Assembly (NCBI RefSeq): GCF_937967675.1
Contig: NZ_CALBSN010000090.1
Span: 6,851 to 70,850, forward strand
Source: an uncultured Flavobacterium sp.
Lineage (GTDB): Bacteria > Bacteroidota > Bacteroidia > Flavobacteriales > Flavobacteriaceae
Length of the DNA stretch: 64,000 nucleotides
Reading direction: 5' to 3'
The notes beneath the pieces were generated by a model. The model was not told where the DNA came from and did no database searches. It saw nothing but the letters and a program-made list of their open reading frames with translations. Within the stretch, counting starts at the first letter, position 1. Every line of letters begins with the position of its first letter. This document shows positions 32,529 to 40,943 of the stretch, in pieces. The translations under genes were made by a program, and so were the position numbers.

Positions 32529-33290
32529 ATGGAAATAACTCAAGATATAAAAAACGCATTTATTTTAGGAACAGGTATTATGCTGTTTTTGGTATTTGGT
32601 TTGTTGTTTTTAGTACTATTTTATCAGAATCATTTTATGAAGATGAAGCGTAATGAGGCTAATTTATTATTGCAAACAGCACTAGAGAGCGAAAAAAGGG
32701 AGCGCGAACGAATTGCGATAGATTTGCATGATGGAGTACAGGGAGATTTAAATGCATTAAAATTTACATTAGCTGGATTAGAATCGGGAGTAGTAGATCC
32801 CAAATTTAAAGCTCATGTTCAATTGTTGCAAAGTACACTTCAACAAACAACAGAAAATGTTAGGGTAATTAGTCAAAAATTAATGCCTCCTTTATTAGAA
32901 CAAAAGGGAATAAAAGCCGCACTAGAAGTATATTTCGATTTTTTGCAATCGCATTCAGAAGCTACTTTTGTATTGAAAGGCGATTTGAATGCTTTTGAAT
33001 TGAGTTCCCATGAGAAATATGCATTGTTTCGATTGATTCAGGAATTGATTCAAAACATGTTAAAGCATGGTCATGTTTCAAAAGTAGAATTAGTTTTTTT
33101 GAGTTATGCAAAAGAGTTGCAAATAAGTATTGTAGATGATGGTGTTTCATTTGATTTCTTTTCTGCATTAGAATTGCGTCATAGTGGAGGTTTACAGAAT
33201 ATTATTTCCAGATTGAAGAGAATTGGTGCAGTCATGAAACAAGTTACTAAAGACGGATTTAATATTTATATCATTCAAATAAAACGATAA
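32529..33290 (+). CDS. Histidine kinase, HisKA_3 (NarL/DegS-type), single TM and no sensor domain
   Basis: One N-terminal TM, the H-box ERERIAIDLHDGVQGDL, and HATPase_c motifs (ELIQNMLKHG, IVDDGVSFD, GGLQNI). Confidence 0.85.
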   Translation: MEITQDIKNAFILGTGIMLFLVFGLLFLVLFYQNHFMKMKRNEANLLLQTALESEKRERERIAIDLHDGVQGDLNALKFTLAGLESGVVDPKFKAHVQLLQSTLQQTTENVRVISQKLMPPLLEQKGIKAALEVYFDFLQSHSEATFVLKGDLNAFELSSHEKYALFRLIQELIQNMLKHGHVSKVELVFLSYAKELQISIVDDGVSFDFFSALELRHSGGLQNIISRLKRIGAVMKQVTKDGFNIYIIQIKR

Positions 33291-33294
33291 TACT

Positions 33295-33957
33295 ATGTTT
33301 AAGGTTGCCCTTGTAGATGATCATGAATTGTTCCGTAAGAGTCTCATTTTTGTATTAGAACAAATACCTACTATAGAAGTTGTTTTTGATACCGATGACG
33401 GAAATTTACTTTTAAATTACTTAGAATATAACACAGTTGATTTGATTTTATTAGACATTCAAATGCCAATTATGGATGGATTTACCTTATGTAAAAAAAT
33501 AAAGCAATTAAACACAGCTGTTAAGATATTGACCGTATCGCAACTTACCACAAAAGAGTCTATTCATCAAATATTTGAATCGGGTTCTAATGGTTTTTTT
33601 TCCAAAAATTCTTCAACAGATTCATTTAAAGATGCCGTATTGAGCATGATTGAAAAAGACTATTATTTTGACATTTCTTTATCAGATGTTGTCAAAGAGG
33701 CAATTTTATGGAAAGAAAAACAAAACGATAATCGTTTAACTTTAGATAAAGATTTACTTTCACCCCGAGAGAAAGAAATTATATTTTGGTCGGCAAAAGG
33801 ATTGACTTGTCAGCAAATTGCGGATCAACTCTTTATAAGCAAAAGAACAGTTGAAGCTCATAGAAAAACCATAATGGATAAGACTAGTTGTTTGAATATT
33901 ATTGAAGTAGTGGTTTTTGGTTTAAAAGAGCGCATCATTACTTTAGAGGATTTATAA
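33295..33957 (+). CDS. LuxR/NarL-family response regulator
   Basis: REC domain (VALVDDHELFR, LLDIQMPIMDG) plus a LuxR HTH (LSPREKEIIFWSAKGLTCQQIADQLFISKRTVEAHR). Confidence 0.9.
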   Translation: MFKVALVDDHELFRKSLIFVLEQIPTIEVVFDTDDGNLLLNYLEYNTVDLILLDIQMPIMDGFTLCKKIKQLNTAVKILTVSQLTTKESIHQIFESGSNGFFSKNSSTDSFKDAVLSMIEKDYYFDISLSDVVKEAILWKEKQNDNRLTLDKDLLSPREKEIIFWSAKGLTCQQIADQLFISKRTVEAHRKTIMDKTSCLNIIEVVVFGLKERIITLEDL

Positions 33958-34075
33958 CAATTGCTTGTAAGCCTTATAGCGAGAAAAAGTATTACTTCAG
34001 GTTAGAAGCACTTTAATGAATAAAGCATCAATGACTAATTCCGGTGAAAGTAAATGGAAAAATTATAAAATGAAT

Positions 34076-34102
34076 AAACCTGTAAAATTATTTTACAGGT
34101 TT
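34076..34102 (+). terminator. Stem-loop with T-tail downstream of the two-component operon
   Basis: aaacctgtaaaa (34076-34087) / ttttacaggttt (34091-34102). Confidence 0.55.
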
Positions 34103-34330
34103 ATTTGTGGAGTCGCCGAGAATACAACCTTTCTCAAAACTTCATATTTTAAAGGGGGTGTGAGAGGTTACTAAATTAGGGTAACCGATTTTACCACCTT
34201 TTTAAACTAATCAAATTATCTTAAATCGTATACTGTAAATTTAAGCATAATTTTTTGAAAATCAACACTAATTTTTGAACTAGTTACAAGTTTTTTCAGT
34301 GATTTAGCAGTCTTTATAGCTGTTTAAATT

Positions 34331-34594
34331 TTATCCTACTATGCAACGCACTACGTGTTCTAATTTAAGTCCAGTATACTCGCAAAATTCTTCTATTGAG
34401 ATTAGTTGATGTTGTTCTTTATTAAAATGTTTCTTAATCTTCAATAGATATAATCTTGCTTGAGCGTATTCTTTTCCCATGATGCGCTGCACGTCTTTTG
34501 GATATATACATACCCTGGTGCTGCTTGGTATCACTTCTTTTAGTTTTAATACTTTATCTATGCCTTTGACTAGGCTTTGCCTAACTTTCAACAA
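34331..34594 (-). CDS. Small putative DNA-binding protein (HTH-like), function unknown
   Basis: 87 aa. The pattern YPKDVQRIMGKEYAQARLYLLKIKKHFNKEQHQLISIEEFCEYTGL resembles small HTH proteins that I associate with Bacteroidota mobile DNA. Not verified. Confidence 0.45.
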   Translation of the reverse strand: MLKVRQSLVKGIDKVLKLKEVIPSSTRVCIYPKDVQRIMGKEYAQARLYLLKIKKHFNKEQHQLISIEEFCEYTGLKLEHVVRCIVG

Positions 34595-34798
34595 CAGACA
34601 AATTTAAGTAAAATTTGAATGATTGGTATAATTAAAATAGTTGATTATTTATGTTTTTGTATGTTTTCTAAAAGAGAGAGTTTGAAATATGAATTTAATA
34701 AATGAAACTTTGAATAAATCATTCGGGATTTAGTTGCAACGATTATCGAAATGAAAGTGAAATTTGAAAAGGAGTATTAATCAAAAACTTTAGAAATT

Positions 34799-35557
34799 AT
34801 GGCTAGACAGAAAGGCATAATTAAATTGAAAGGTACTATCGGGGATATTACCTTTTATAAGACGCAGGATGGTCACTTAGCTCGCGAGAAGGGAGGAATT
34901 GATGCTAGTAGAATAGCAAGTGACCCTGCGTTTCAGAGAACGCGTGAGAATGGCTCTGAATTTGGTAGAGCAGGTAAGGCAGGAAAAATGCTAAGAACTG
35001 CTCTTAGACCATTGCTTTTAAACTCTGCAGATGGTAGAATGGTTAGTCGATTGACACAGGCAATGATGAAAGTAATTCAAGCGGATACAGTAAGTGTTCG
35101 TGGTTTGCGTAACGTTATTGATGGTGAAGCTGAATTGTTATTTGGATTTGAATTCAATATTCGTGGTAAATTGGGAACCACTTTATTTGCTCCGTATGTG
35201 GCATCAATTGATCGTGTTGCAGGTGAGATAAAAGTAGATTTGGCTTCTTTTATTCCTGCGAATATGATTGCAGCTCCAAGTGGTACGACACATTTTAAGA
35301 TTATTTCTGGAGGGGCAGAAGTTGATTTTGAGGCTGAAACGTATGTGGTAGCAACTTCTGAAACCGCAATCTTGCCATGGGATGCAACTGCAACTGTTCC
35401 AATTAATCAGGTAAATGCAGTTACTGCTAACTCAACTAAGCCTTTATTTTTGGCTCTAGGTGTTGAGTTTTATCAAGAGATTAACGGTCAGATGTATCCA
35501 TTGAAAAATGGTGCTTTTAACCCATTATCGATTGCGAAAGTTGATAGTGGTGTTTAA
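34799..35557 (+). CDS. Hypothetical protein (252 aa), noticeably higher GC than its neighbours
   Basis: Long ORF with clean coding composition and no motif that I recognise. Confidence 0.7.
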   Translation: MARQKGIIKLKGTIGDITFYKTQDGHLAREKGGIDASRIASDPAFQRTRENGSEFGRAGKAGKMLRTALRPLLLNSADGRMVSRLTQAMMKVIQADTVSVRGLRNVIDGEAELLFGFEFNIRGKLGTTLFAPYVASIDRVAGEIKVDLASFIPANMIAAPSGTTHFKIISGGAEVDFEAETYVVATSETAILPWDATATVPINQVNAVTANSTKPLFLALGVEFYQEINGQMYPLKNGAFNPLSIAKVDSGV

Positions 35558-35564
35558 TCTGAAG

Positions 35565-35592
35565 TTAGAAATTAGAAATCAGAATTTAGAAG
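35565..35592. repeat. 4x tandem heptamer TTAGAAW
   Basis: ttagaaa ttagaaa tcagaat ttagaag, ending 1 nt before the ATG at 35594. Same element as 11268-11295. Confidence 0.8.
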
Positions 35593-35593
35593 T

Positions 35594-35989
35594 ATGGTTT
35601 TATTTTTAACTAGAACTTATTTCCCTGATGGAACTAATGGTAAACTCGAAAGCGAGGGTAAATTGATTTGTTATACAATTGAATTGCCGTGGAAGATGAA
35701 CGAGACGAAAGTTTCCTGTGTTCCGGAAGGGAAATATTTTATTAGAAAGCGATACAGTGCGAAATATAAGTGGCATTTAGAATTGGTGGATGTTCCTAAT
35801 AGAATGTATATTTTAATACATCCAGCTAATAATGCTAAAAGGGAATTACAAGGCTGTATTGCACCGGTTACCCAACTTTCTGGACCTGGATTAGGTTTAA
35901 TGTCGAGAAAGGCTTTTACTAAGCTTAAAGACTTTGTTTATAAAGCTTTGGACGAAAATGAAAGTGTTGAAATATTTATTCAATCTTAA
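35594..35989 (+). CDS. DUF5675-like protein (possible cell-wall-active enzyme)
   Basis: 131 aa. The motif LIHPANNAKRELQGCIAPV (His…Gly-Cys) recalls the DUF5675 / YkuD-like active-site arrangement. Recognised from memory only. Confidence 0.5.
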   Translation: MVLFLTRTYFPDGTNGKLESEGKLICYTIELPWKMNETKVSCVPEGKYFIRKRYSAKYKWHLELVDVPNRMYILIHPANNAKRELQGCIAPVTQLSGPGLGLMSRKAFTKLKDFVYKALDENESVEIFIQS

Positions 35990-35998
35990 ACTTAGATT

Positions 35999-36214
35999 AT
36001 GAAAAAAATTATAAATAGAGCTACAGCTCCCACACCAAAGTTTTTTAAAGTGCTTCGAACTGTTGGGTTAGCATTGGCAGCAGTAGGAGGGACTATTTTA
36101 GCAGCTCCAATTGCTTTACCTGCAATTATAACTACTATTGGTGGTTATGCAGCTGTTGCTGGTGGAGTTTTATCAGCTGCAAGTCAGCTTACTACAACTG
36201 ATGATAGCAAATAA
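35999..36214 (+). CDS. Small Gly/Ala-rich two-TM membrane protein (holin-like)
   Basis: 71 aa with two hydrophobic segments and a polar acidic C-terminus. Confidence 0.55.
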   Translation: MKKIINRATAPTPKFFKVLRTVGLALAAVGGTILAAPIALPAIITTIGGYAAVAGGVLSAASQLTTTDDSK

Positions 36215-36377
36215 TCCTACATTGATTGGAACTGCTGGAGGTACATTTTTAAGTATTGTACCTAATCTTTCTTCTGATGATATTGCCAAAACGGTTATTT
36301 TAGCTACCGTTGGAGCCGTTGTCAGTTTTACGATTTCGTTACTACTTAAAAGCCTAAATAAGAGGCACAAAAAATAA
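36201..36377 (+). CDS. Small two-TM membrane protein with basic C-terminus (holin-like)
   Basis: The internal ATG at 36201 of tracked ORF 36138-36377 gives 58 aa (MIANNPTLIGTAGG…SLNKRHKK) and overlaps the previous stop by 14 nt. Confidence 0.5.
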   Translation: MIANNPTLIGTAGGTFLSIVPNLSSDDIAKTVILATVGAVVSFTISLLLKSLNKRHKK

Positions 36378-36420
36378 GTTTACCCCTAGTTGTGGTGACC
36401 TTTGGGTTAAACAAAATGAA

Positions 36421-36442
36421 AGCCTAGTTGTGAGACTGGGCT
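36421..36442 (+). terminator. Terminator of the 34799-36377 cassette
   Basis: Stem agcctagt (36421-36428) / actgggct (36435-36442) with one G-U pair, followed by tttt. Confidence 0.6.
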
Positions 36443-36472
36443 TTTGATTTATATTTTTGTTGGTTAAGATTT

Positions 36473-38386
36473 TTAAGAATTGAGTTTTAAATCAATTTTT
36501 GTGAACTTATTCTCATTCTCAAAATATCTAATAGTAGTTGTTTCTTCTGTATTATCTTCAATTGTATTATCAATTAACTCCATAATAAAATCCAAACTAT
36601 CAGGATAATATATTTTTAAATCATTAAATACAGATGCAATATAATTTTGACCGTTATAAAAAAAAGCGGTTCTTATGACCGTAACCAAAAGATTTAAACC
36701 TATTTTCTCATTCAGACCACATAATGTAGCATTTTTCCATGCCTCAAGATCACCATTGCGAAGTAAAGCAGAAAATGAAAAAGCAATAAACGCATTTTCG
36801 ACATTGTCTTTTTTTGATTCTTGAACACCTAGATTGAACCAAGCTAAATCATATAAAAAATCATATTGAAGAGCCTTTTCAAATTCACCTTTTTTAGTGA
36901 ATTTAATTGCAGTTTTTTCATCACGTTTTTGTAATGATGGGTAACCACTGTCTAATAGAGACTTTAAACATGTATATTTTAATACCCATTCATCAATATG
37001 TATATTATTTACGTTCTCAGTAAGGAATTGATCTATTATATTTACTGCTGATGAATAATCTCCTAAAAACATAACAGAGTCAGCTAATAAAGCTTTAGCC
37101 AAATAATAGTCCGTTTGTAATTCAATAGATTTTGAATAGAATTTACTAGCAAAATAAAATTTCTTTAAAAGAAATAAAACACCTGCCATTTCATAATAGT
37201 AATAAGCTTGTTTTTTATATTCTGGATTATATTTTCTAGCTTCTAAATAATATTTTAAAGATATTTCAAATTTTTTTGAACTCCTAAAATGATTTCCTAG
37301 GTTATAAAGAGCAGTCGATATACTTAACTTATCTTTTTTAAATTTTGCAGTTTCTAGTTGTTCTACTAAAAAATCTTCGTAAATTAATAGCTTATCTTCA
37401 CTAAAATCCTTTTTAATTGAAATTAAAATAACACTCATTATAATTTCAATTAAATTATCATCATCACTAACTTTAAAAAATTGTGAAAGTTCTTTTAATG
37501 TTTCTTCAAAATAATTACCTTGAATTAAATGATGTAAAATATTTATTATAAAATCTTTTTTTTGTTTTATTATGGCGAGTAAACCATTCTCAAAAATAAC
37601 ATCATTACCCAAATTATTCTTACCAATATCAAATAATACTTGAGCAAAAGTAATTAAAATATATTTTGTAAGTTCTTCATAATGATGTTCTTGCAGATTG
37701 GAAAAATTTATTTTCATTCTTGCAAAAACAAAATCGGTAAAACTCAAAACTATTTGATCTTTATCAACTTTAATCTGTAAAATAGAATCGTTAGAAATTT
37801 TAGTTAACTTAAAATAGTTATTCTTTTTTTCAATACAATTTTTTATTATTGAAATATTTGAAAAAGGTATTATTGTTCTATTTTCATCATAATCTTCTCT
37901 TTCAACAAAAGTTTTTATTGGAAACTTAATCTTACCTTGTTTAATAAATAATTGTCGTTGTAAATAATCTATAATACCTTGATGACTCGTTTCATCCCAT
38001 AAATTATTTTCAAAAAATAATACATTTATATATTTATTTTCAGTTTTAAAATTTGTGATATTTTGTGACCACCTGTAATAAAACGCCTTTTTATGTGATG
38101 AATAACGAACAATTAAAACAGGTATATCATAATTAATAAATTGTATGATTTTTTCATTTTTAAAAGATATACTTTTAATTGTTTTATTTTTATCGGAATC
38201 CGTACCTTTAAGTTGAACCCAAAAAACTAAACCAGTTGAATTTCCTTTATTATCAAAAATTTCAACTTCACAATCAATACCATAGTCGTCATTTTTATCT
38301 CTACAAACCCAAAATTTAGGTAAAGATTTCTTAAAAAATAGTCTGGATTCATCTTCAATTAAATGATTTCTCGTTCTTTGTCCCAT
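36473..38386 (-). CDS. DUF4365-like PD-(D/E)xK nuclease domain fused to a long TPR-like helical-repeat region
   Basis: The N-terminus EDESRLFFKKSLPKFWVCRDKNDDYGIDCEVEIFD…VFWVQLKGT fits the DUF4365/Mrr-like pattern (D…E.E…QLK). The C-terminal roughly 450 aa are helical with TPR-like YY..A/…Y..A.. spacing. Start at M9 (38386) or 38410. Confidence 0.6.
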   Translation of the reverse strand: MGQRTRNHLIEDESRLFFKKSLPKFWVCRDKNDDYGIDCEVEIFDNKGNSTGLVFWVQLKGTDSDKNKTIKSISFKNEKIIQFINYDIPVLIVRYSSHKKAFYYRWSQNITNFKTENKYINVLFFENNLWDETSHQGIIDYLQRQLFIKQGKIKFPIKTFVEREDYDENRTIIPFSNISIIKNCIEKKNNYFKLTKISNDSILQIKVDKDQIVLSFTDFVFARMKINFSNLQEHHYEELTKYILITFAQVLFDIGKNNLGNDVIFENGLLAIIKQKKDFIINILHHLIQGNYFEETLKELSQFFKVSDDDNLIEIIMSVILISIKKDFSEDKLLIYEDFLVEQLETAKFKKDKLSISTALYNLGNHFRSSKKFEISLKYYLEARKYNPEYKKQAYYYYEMAGVLFLLKKFYFASKFYSKSIELQTDYYLAKALLADSVMFLGDYSSAVNIIDQFLTENVNNIHIDEWVLKYTCLKSLLDSGYPSLQKRDEKTAIKFTKKGEFEKALQYDFLYDLAWFNLGVQESKKDNVENAFIAFSFSALLRNGDLEAWKNATLCGLNEKIGLNLLVTVIRTAFFYNGQNYIASVFNDLKIYYPDSLDFIMELIDNTIEDNTEETTTIRYFENENKFTKIDLKLNS

Positions 38387-38450
38387 ATTGTCCTTGAGAA
38401 TTAATAACAATGTTTAATTAAAACGCAGTTTACGAAATAAATTTTTATTC

Positions 38451-39212
38451 TTACCATAAATGCTTTGGTCCATCAATAGATTTTCGAATTAAATTATCAT
38501 AAGTTCTAATCTTAATGTTTTGTTTTGAAAAACTATTATTTAAATACATTAACCTCTGTTTTTCTCTTTCATTAAGTTTGCTCCATCTTCCTAAAACTAT
38601 TAAATATTCAAAGGTACAATATTCATTTCCACCAAATCCATTCCATAAAGCTTCTAATTGATTTTTCGAACAATAAATAAAATTTCCTTTTTCACCTTTT
38701 TTTGGAAATTTAGGAGATTCTTTCAATAAACGGAATGAAGTATTAAAGAAAGTTTGTTTATTTGATTGAATCCATTCATCCCAATCGTTAATTTGCCCTA
38801 AAGCAATTTGCAATTTATTAGCTGGAGTTAATTTTTTGGTAAATAATTTATCGTTAGGTCTTTCAATTTCAATTAGTAAAACTCTGCAACCACCTTGACT
38901 AACGCTAAAAATAGCGTAATCTGCAAAATTAAAATTACTAATTGGAGGCTTCATTAAAATCCCTAGGTATGTTTCATCAGAAGATGGAGCAAGTCTAAAT
39001 AGGAAATGAGAATTTTGAGATAAAAAAAATTGAAAGCTTTCTTCAGATTCATCTTTCAATATCAATTCGGCAAAACCCTCTATTTCTTTAAAGCTTGGTG
39101 ATTTAGTTAATTTATGAACTTTGTTTTCATCTCCGAGTATAAGAGGGTCAAATATTTCATTTAATATTTCCTGAATATTTTCTTTCATTTTCGTTTTTAT
39201 AAGTTTTAACAT
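38451..39212 (-). CDS. Short Shedu-like (DUF4263) nuclease-family protein
   Basis: ESFQFFLSQNSHFLF … ADYAIF … LLIEIERPNDKLF … ANKLQIALGQINDWDEWI … YLIVLGR follows the DUF4263 core order as I remember it. Confidence 0.55.
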   Translation of the reverse strand: MLKLIKTKMKENIQEILNEIFDPLILGDENKVHKLTKSPSFKEIEGFAELILKDESEESFQFFLSQNSHFLFRLAPSSDETYLGILMKPPISNFNFADYAIFSVSQGGCRVLLIEIERPNDKLFTKKLTPANKLQIALGQINDWDEWIQSNKQTFFNTSFRLLKESPKFPKKGEKGNFIYCSKNQLEALWNGFGGNEYCTFEYLIVLGRWSKLNEREKQRLMYLNNSFSKQNIKIRTYDNLIRKSIDGPKHLW

Positions 39213-39345
39213 ACTAATTTAAAAATGCAATAATGTCAAGTTCTTAAAAGAAAAACTAGTTAGATTTAAGGTACTTCATAACAAATTTGCTCTTTCAAAT
39301 ATAAATTAATTCTTTCAATTTAATTTCTTTTATAAAATTAAAAAG

Positions 39346-39365
39346 CTCAGACCTTTAGATCTGAG
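39346..39365. terminator. Stem-loop flanked by A5/T5 runs
   Basis: ctcaga (39346-39351) / tctgag (39360-39365), lying 8 nt past the stop of 39373-39795. Confidence 0.5.
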
Positions 39366-39372
39366 TTTTTAG

Positions 39373-39795
39373 TTATTTTTTTCTGTAACTCATTAAAATA
39401 GCATTTCTAATTTCGTTGATTAGGTGGATATTTTTTGCGTGGTGAGCTTCTTGTTCTTGCAGCAGCTTGAGTGCTTGGATGTTTTTATGATGCAACTCGT
39501 GTTCACGCATCAATAGGGTTGCTTTTGGATTGAACTCTTTTTTGAATTCATAGAGGGATAAGAACGGAATAACCGAACCGCGAAGAAAAGGCATCCAGAA
39601 TTTGGATTTCCATAGGCTAATGGCTATCCAAAAAATGTCCTCTTTTTGAGCTTCGGTTTGAAATACAAGTACAAAGCTGTTTGTAAAAGCTTCATTGCTA
39701 GGTTTTCCGCTATTTAGTCCTTTTGATAATACGAAAAAGTGCGGTTTGGCATAGTGCGCCCCAGGTTGATGGGTTTTAATAAAAATAGTGTCCAT
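39373..39795 (-). CDS. Hypothetical protein (140 aa)
   Basis: I chose the start at the internal M (MDTIFIKTHQPGAHYAKPHFFVLSKGLNSGKP…) because the tracked N-terminal extension runs into the G-rich non-coding segment. It resembles small proteins I associate with Bacteroidota conjugative or mobilisable elements. Unverified. Confidence 0.5.
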   Translation of the reverse strand: MDTIFIKTHQPGAHYAKPHFFVLSKGLNSGKPSNEAFTNSFVLVFQTEAQKEDIFWIAISLWKSKFWMPFLRGSVIPFLSLYEFKKEFNPKATLLMREHELHHKNIQALKLLQEQEAHHAKNIHLINEIRNAILMSYRKK

Positions 39796-39849
39796 AGTAC
39801 AAGGATTTAACAGGTTAACTTCCTTCGTCTTTCCTTCGTGATTGCCCGA

Positions 39850-40800
39850 AATGTGAATGGAAACCGAGATGCCCCACACACATTTTTGCAAAAGAAAAAA
39901 GGAAAAAAAGAAAGCCCTTTTGCCTTGTGGAGGGTTTCAAAAAAGCAAGTTTTACGGGTAAAATACTACCCTTATGCGTCTGTGGAAACGCTAAGTGGAT
40001 GTGGTGGTTTTGAAAATGTATGGGTGGAGATTTTATCCGGAACCGAAGGCTTGAACTTGCTTTTTTGAATACCCGGAACAAACCTTTGGCTTCTTTTTTA
40101 TCCTTTTTTTTGTAAAAATGTTTACCCAAAATGTTCTTATGAAATGAGGTTTTAGGGGTGTTCAATCGGGACTTGTGAATAAGGGTGTGTTTTTTTTTTT
40201 TTGCTAGACGACCTCGACTACGCTCGGTTTGACAATATGGTTTTGTGAAGATGAGAAAAAAGAAAAACACACTCTTGTGATAGTTTGATTTTTGAGGATG
40301 CTTTGAAAGTGTTCAATATTCAGTTTTTAGTGTTCAGTGGAGAGTGTGAATTGGAAATGGGAAGCATCTTCAAAAAACAATGCAAATTACGTTAGCGGTA
40401 GCGTTCCTTTTCTTTTTCGGGTGGGTGCGGCTGGGAGCGGATATTTTACATAATAACCCTTATAACTTTCAGGGGGACTGCGTGGGGTGTTGGGAATGAA
40501 TTATAAGGTTTATTATGTAATAATAGCTTGGGAGTGGTTTTTGTGTGTTTTTAGCGTTTGTTTTTGGGATTGGGTGTAAGTGGATAAAAAAAGGCGGACT
40601 GTGCGCGAGGGGTTGGGAAAACAGGGAGCCTTTTTTTATTGACTTACTTTGGGTAAAACAAGTGCTAAAAACACACAAAATACCACAGGAGCGTTGGGGA
40701 GCGTTGGACTGGGTGGGTGAAATTACATCAGCGATAGCGTGCCGATTTTTTTACATGAAATTAGCGAAATGAAGCAAACAAATAATTGATGCTAGGAATA
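39850..40800. other. ORF-poor, G-rich (plus strand) segment with internal repeats
   Basis: Only low-complexity ORFs on either strand, with G-runs (gggtgggtg twice), a 20/24-identical 24-mer pair and a 20-bp inverted repeat. Composition is clearly different from the flanks. Confidence 0.6.
40446..40520. repeat. 20-bp inverted repeat (19/20) with a 35-nt G-rich loop
   Basis: ttacataataacccttataa (40446-40465) against ttataaggtttattatgtaa (40501-40520). Confidence 0.85.
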
Positions 40801-40943
40801 CTTGGACTAGGAGCGATTTTTGTGCAGGTGAATTAGTTAATGAGATAGGTCACTTGTACTTAAGATATTTGTTTAAAAGCTTTGTAATCTATATACTTCG
40901 GTGAATTGGTAAAATATTAGATCTTCCTAATATTACAAAATTA

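Noticed and set aside
34016-34174. Untracked 52-aa ORF downstream of the response regulator.
   Set aside because: It contains the terminator-like hairpin 34076-34102 within its coding frame, and I see no motif or coupling.
33958-34330. tRNA or tRNA-fragment att site and integrase at the left island border.
   Set aside because: I found no cloverleaf-compatible sequence and no T-loop (GTTCRANYC) motif. No tyrosine or serine recombinase ORF occurs in the window.
36138-36200. N-terminal 21 codons of tracked ORF 36138-36377.
   Set aside because: This part lies entirely within the preceding gene in another frame. The internal ATG at 36201 gives a typical small two-TM protein with a short overlap.
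40419-40495. G-quadruplex-forming potential of the G-runs (gggtgggtgcggctggg; gggggactgcgtggggtgttggg).
   Set aside because: Each cluster has only three clear G3+ tracts, so the canonical four-tract requirement is not met.
39815-40772. Tracked ORFs 39815-40270, 39838-40068, 40469-40678 and 40545-40772 in the G-rich segment.
   Set aside because: Their translations are dominated by homopolymer-derived Lys/Phe/Gly runs and they overlap each other on both strands. I treat the segment as non-coding.
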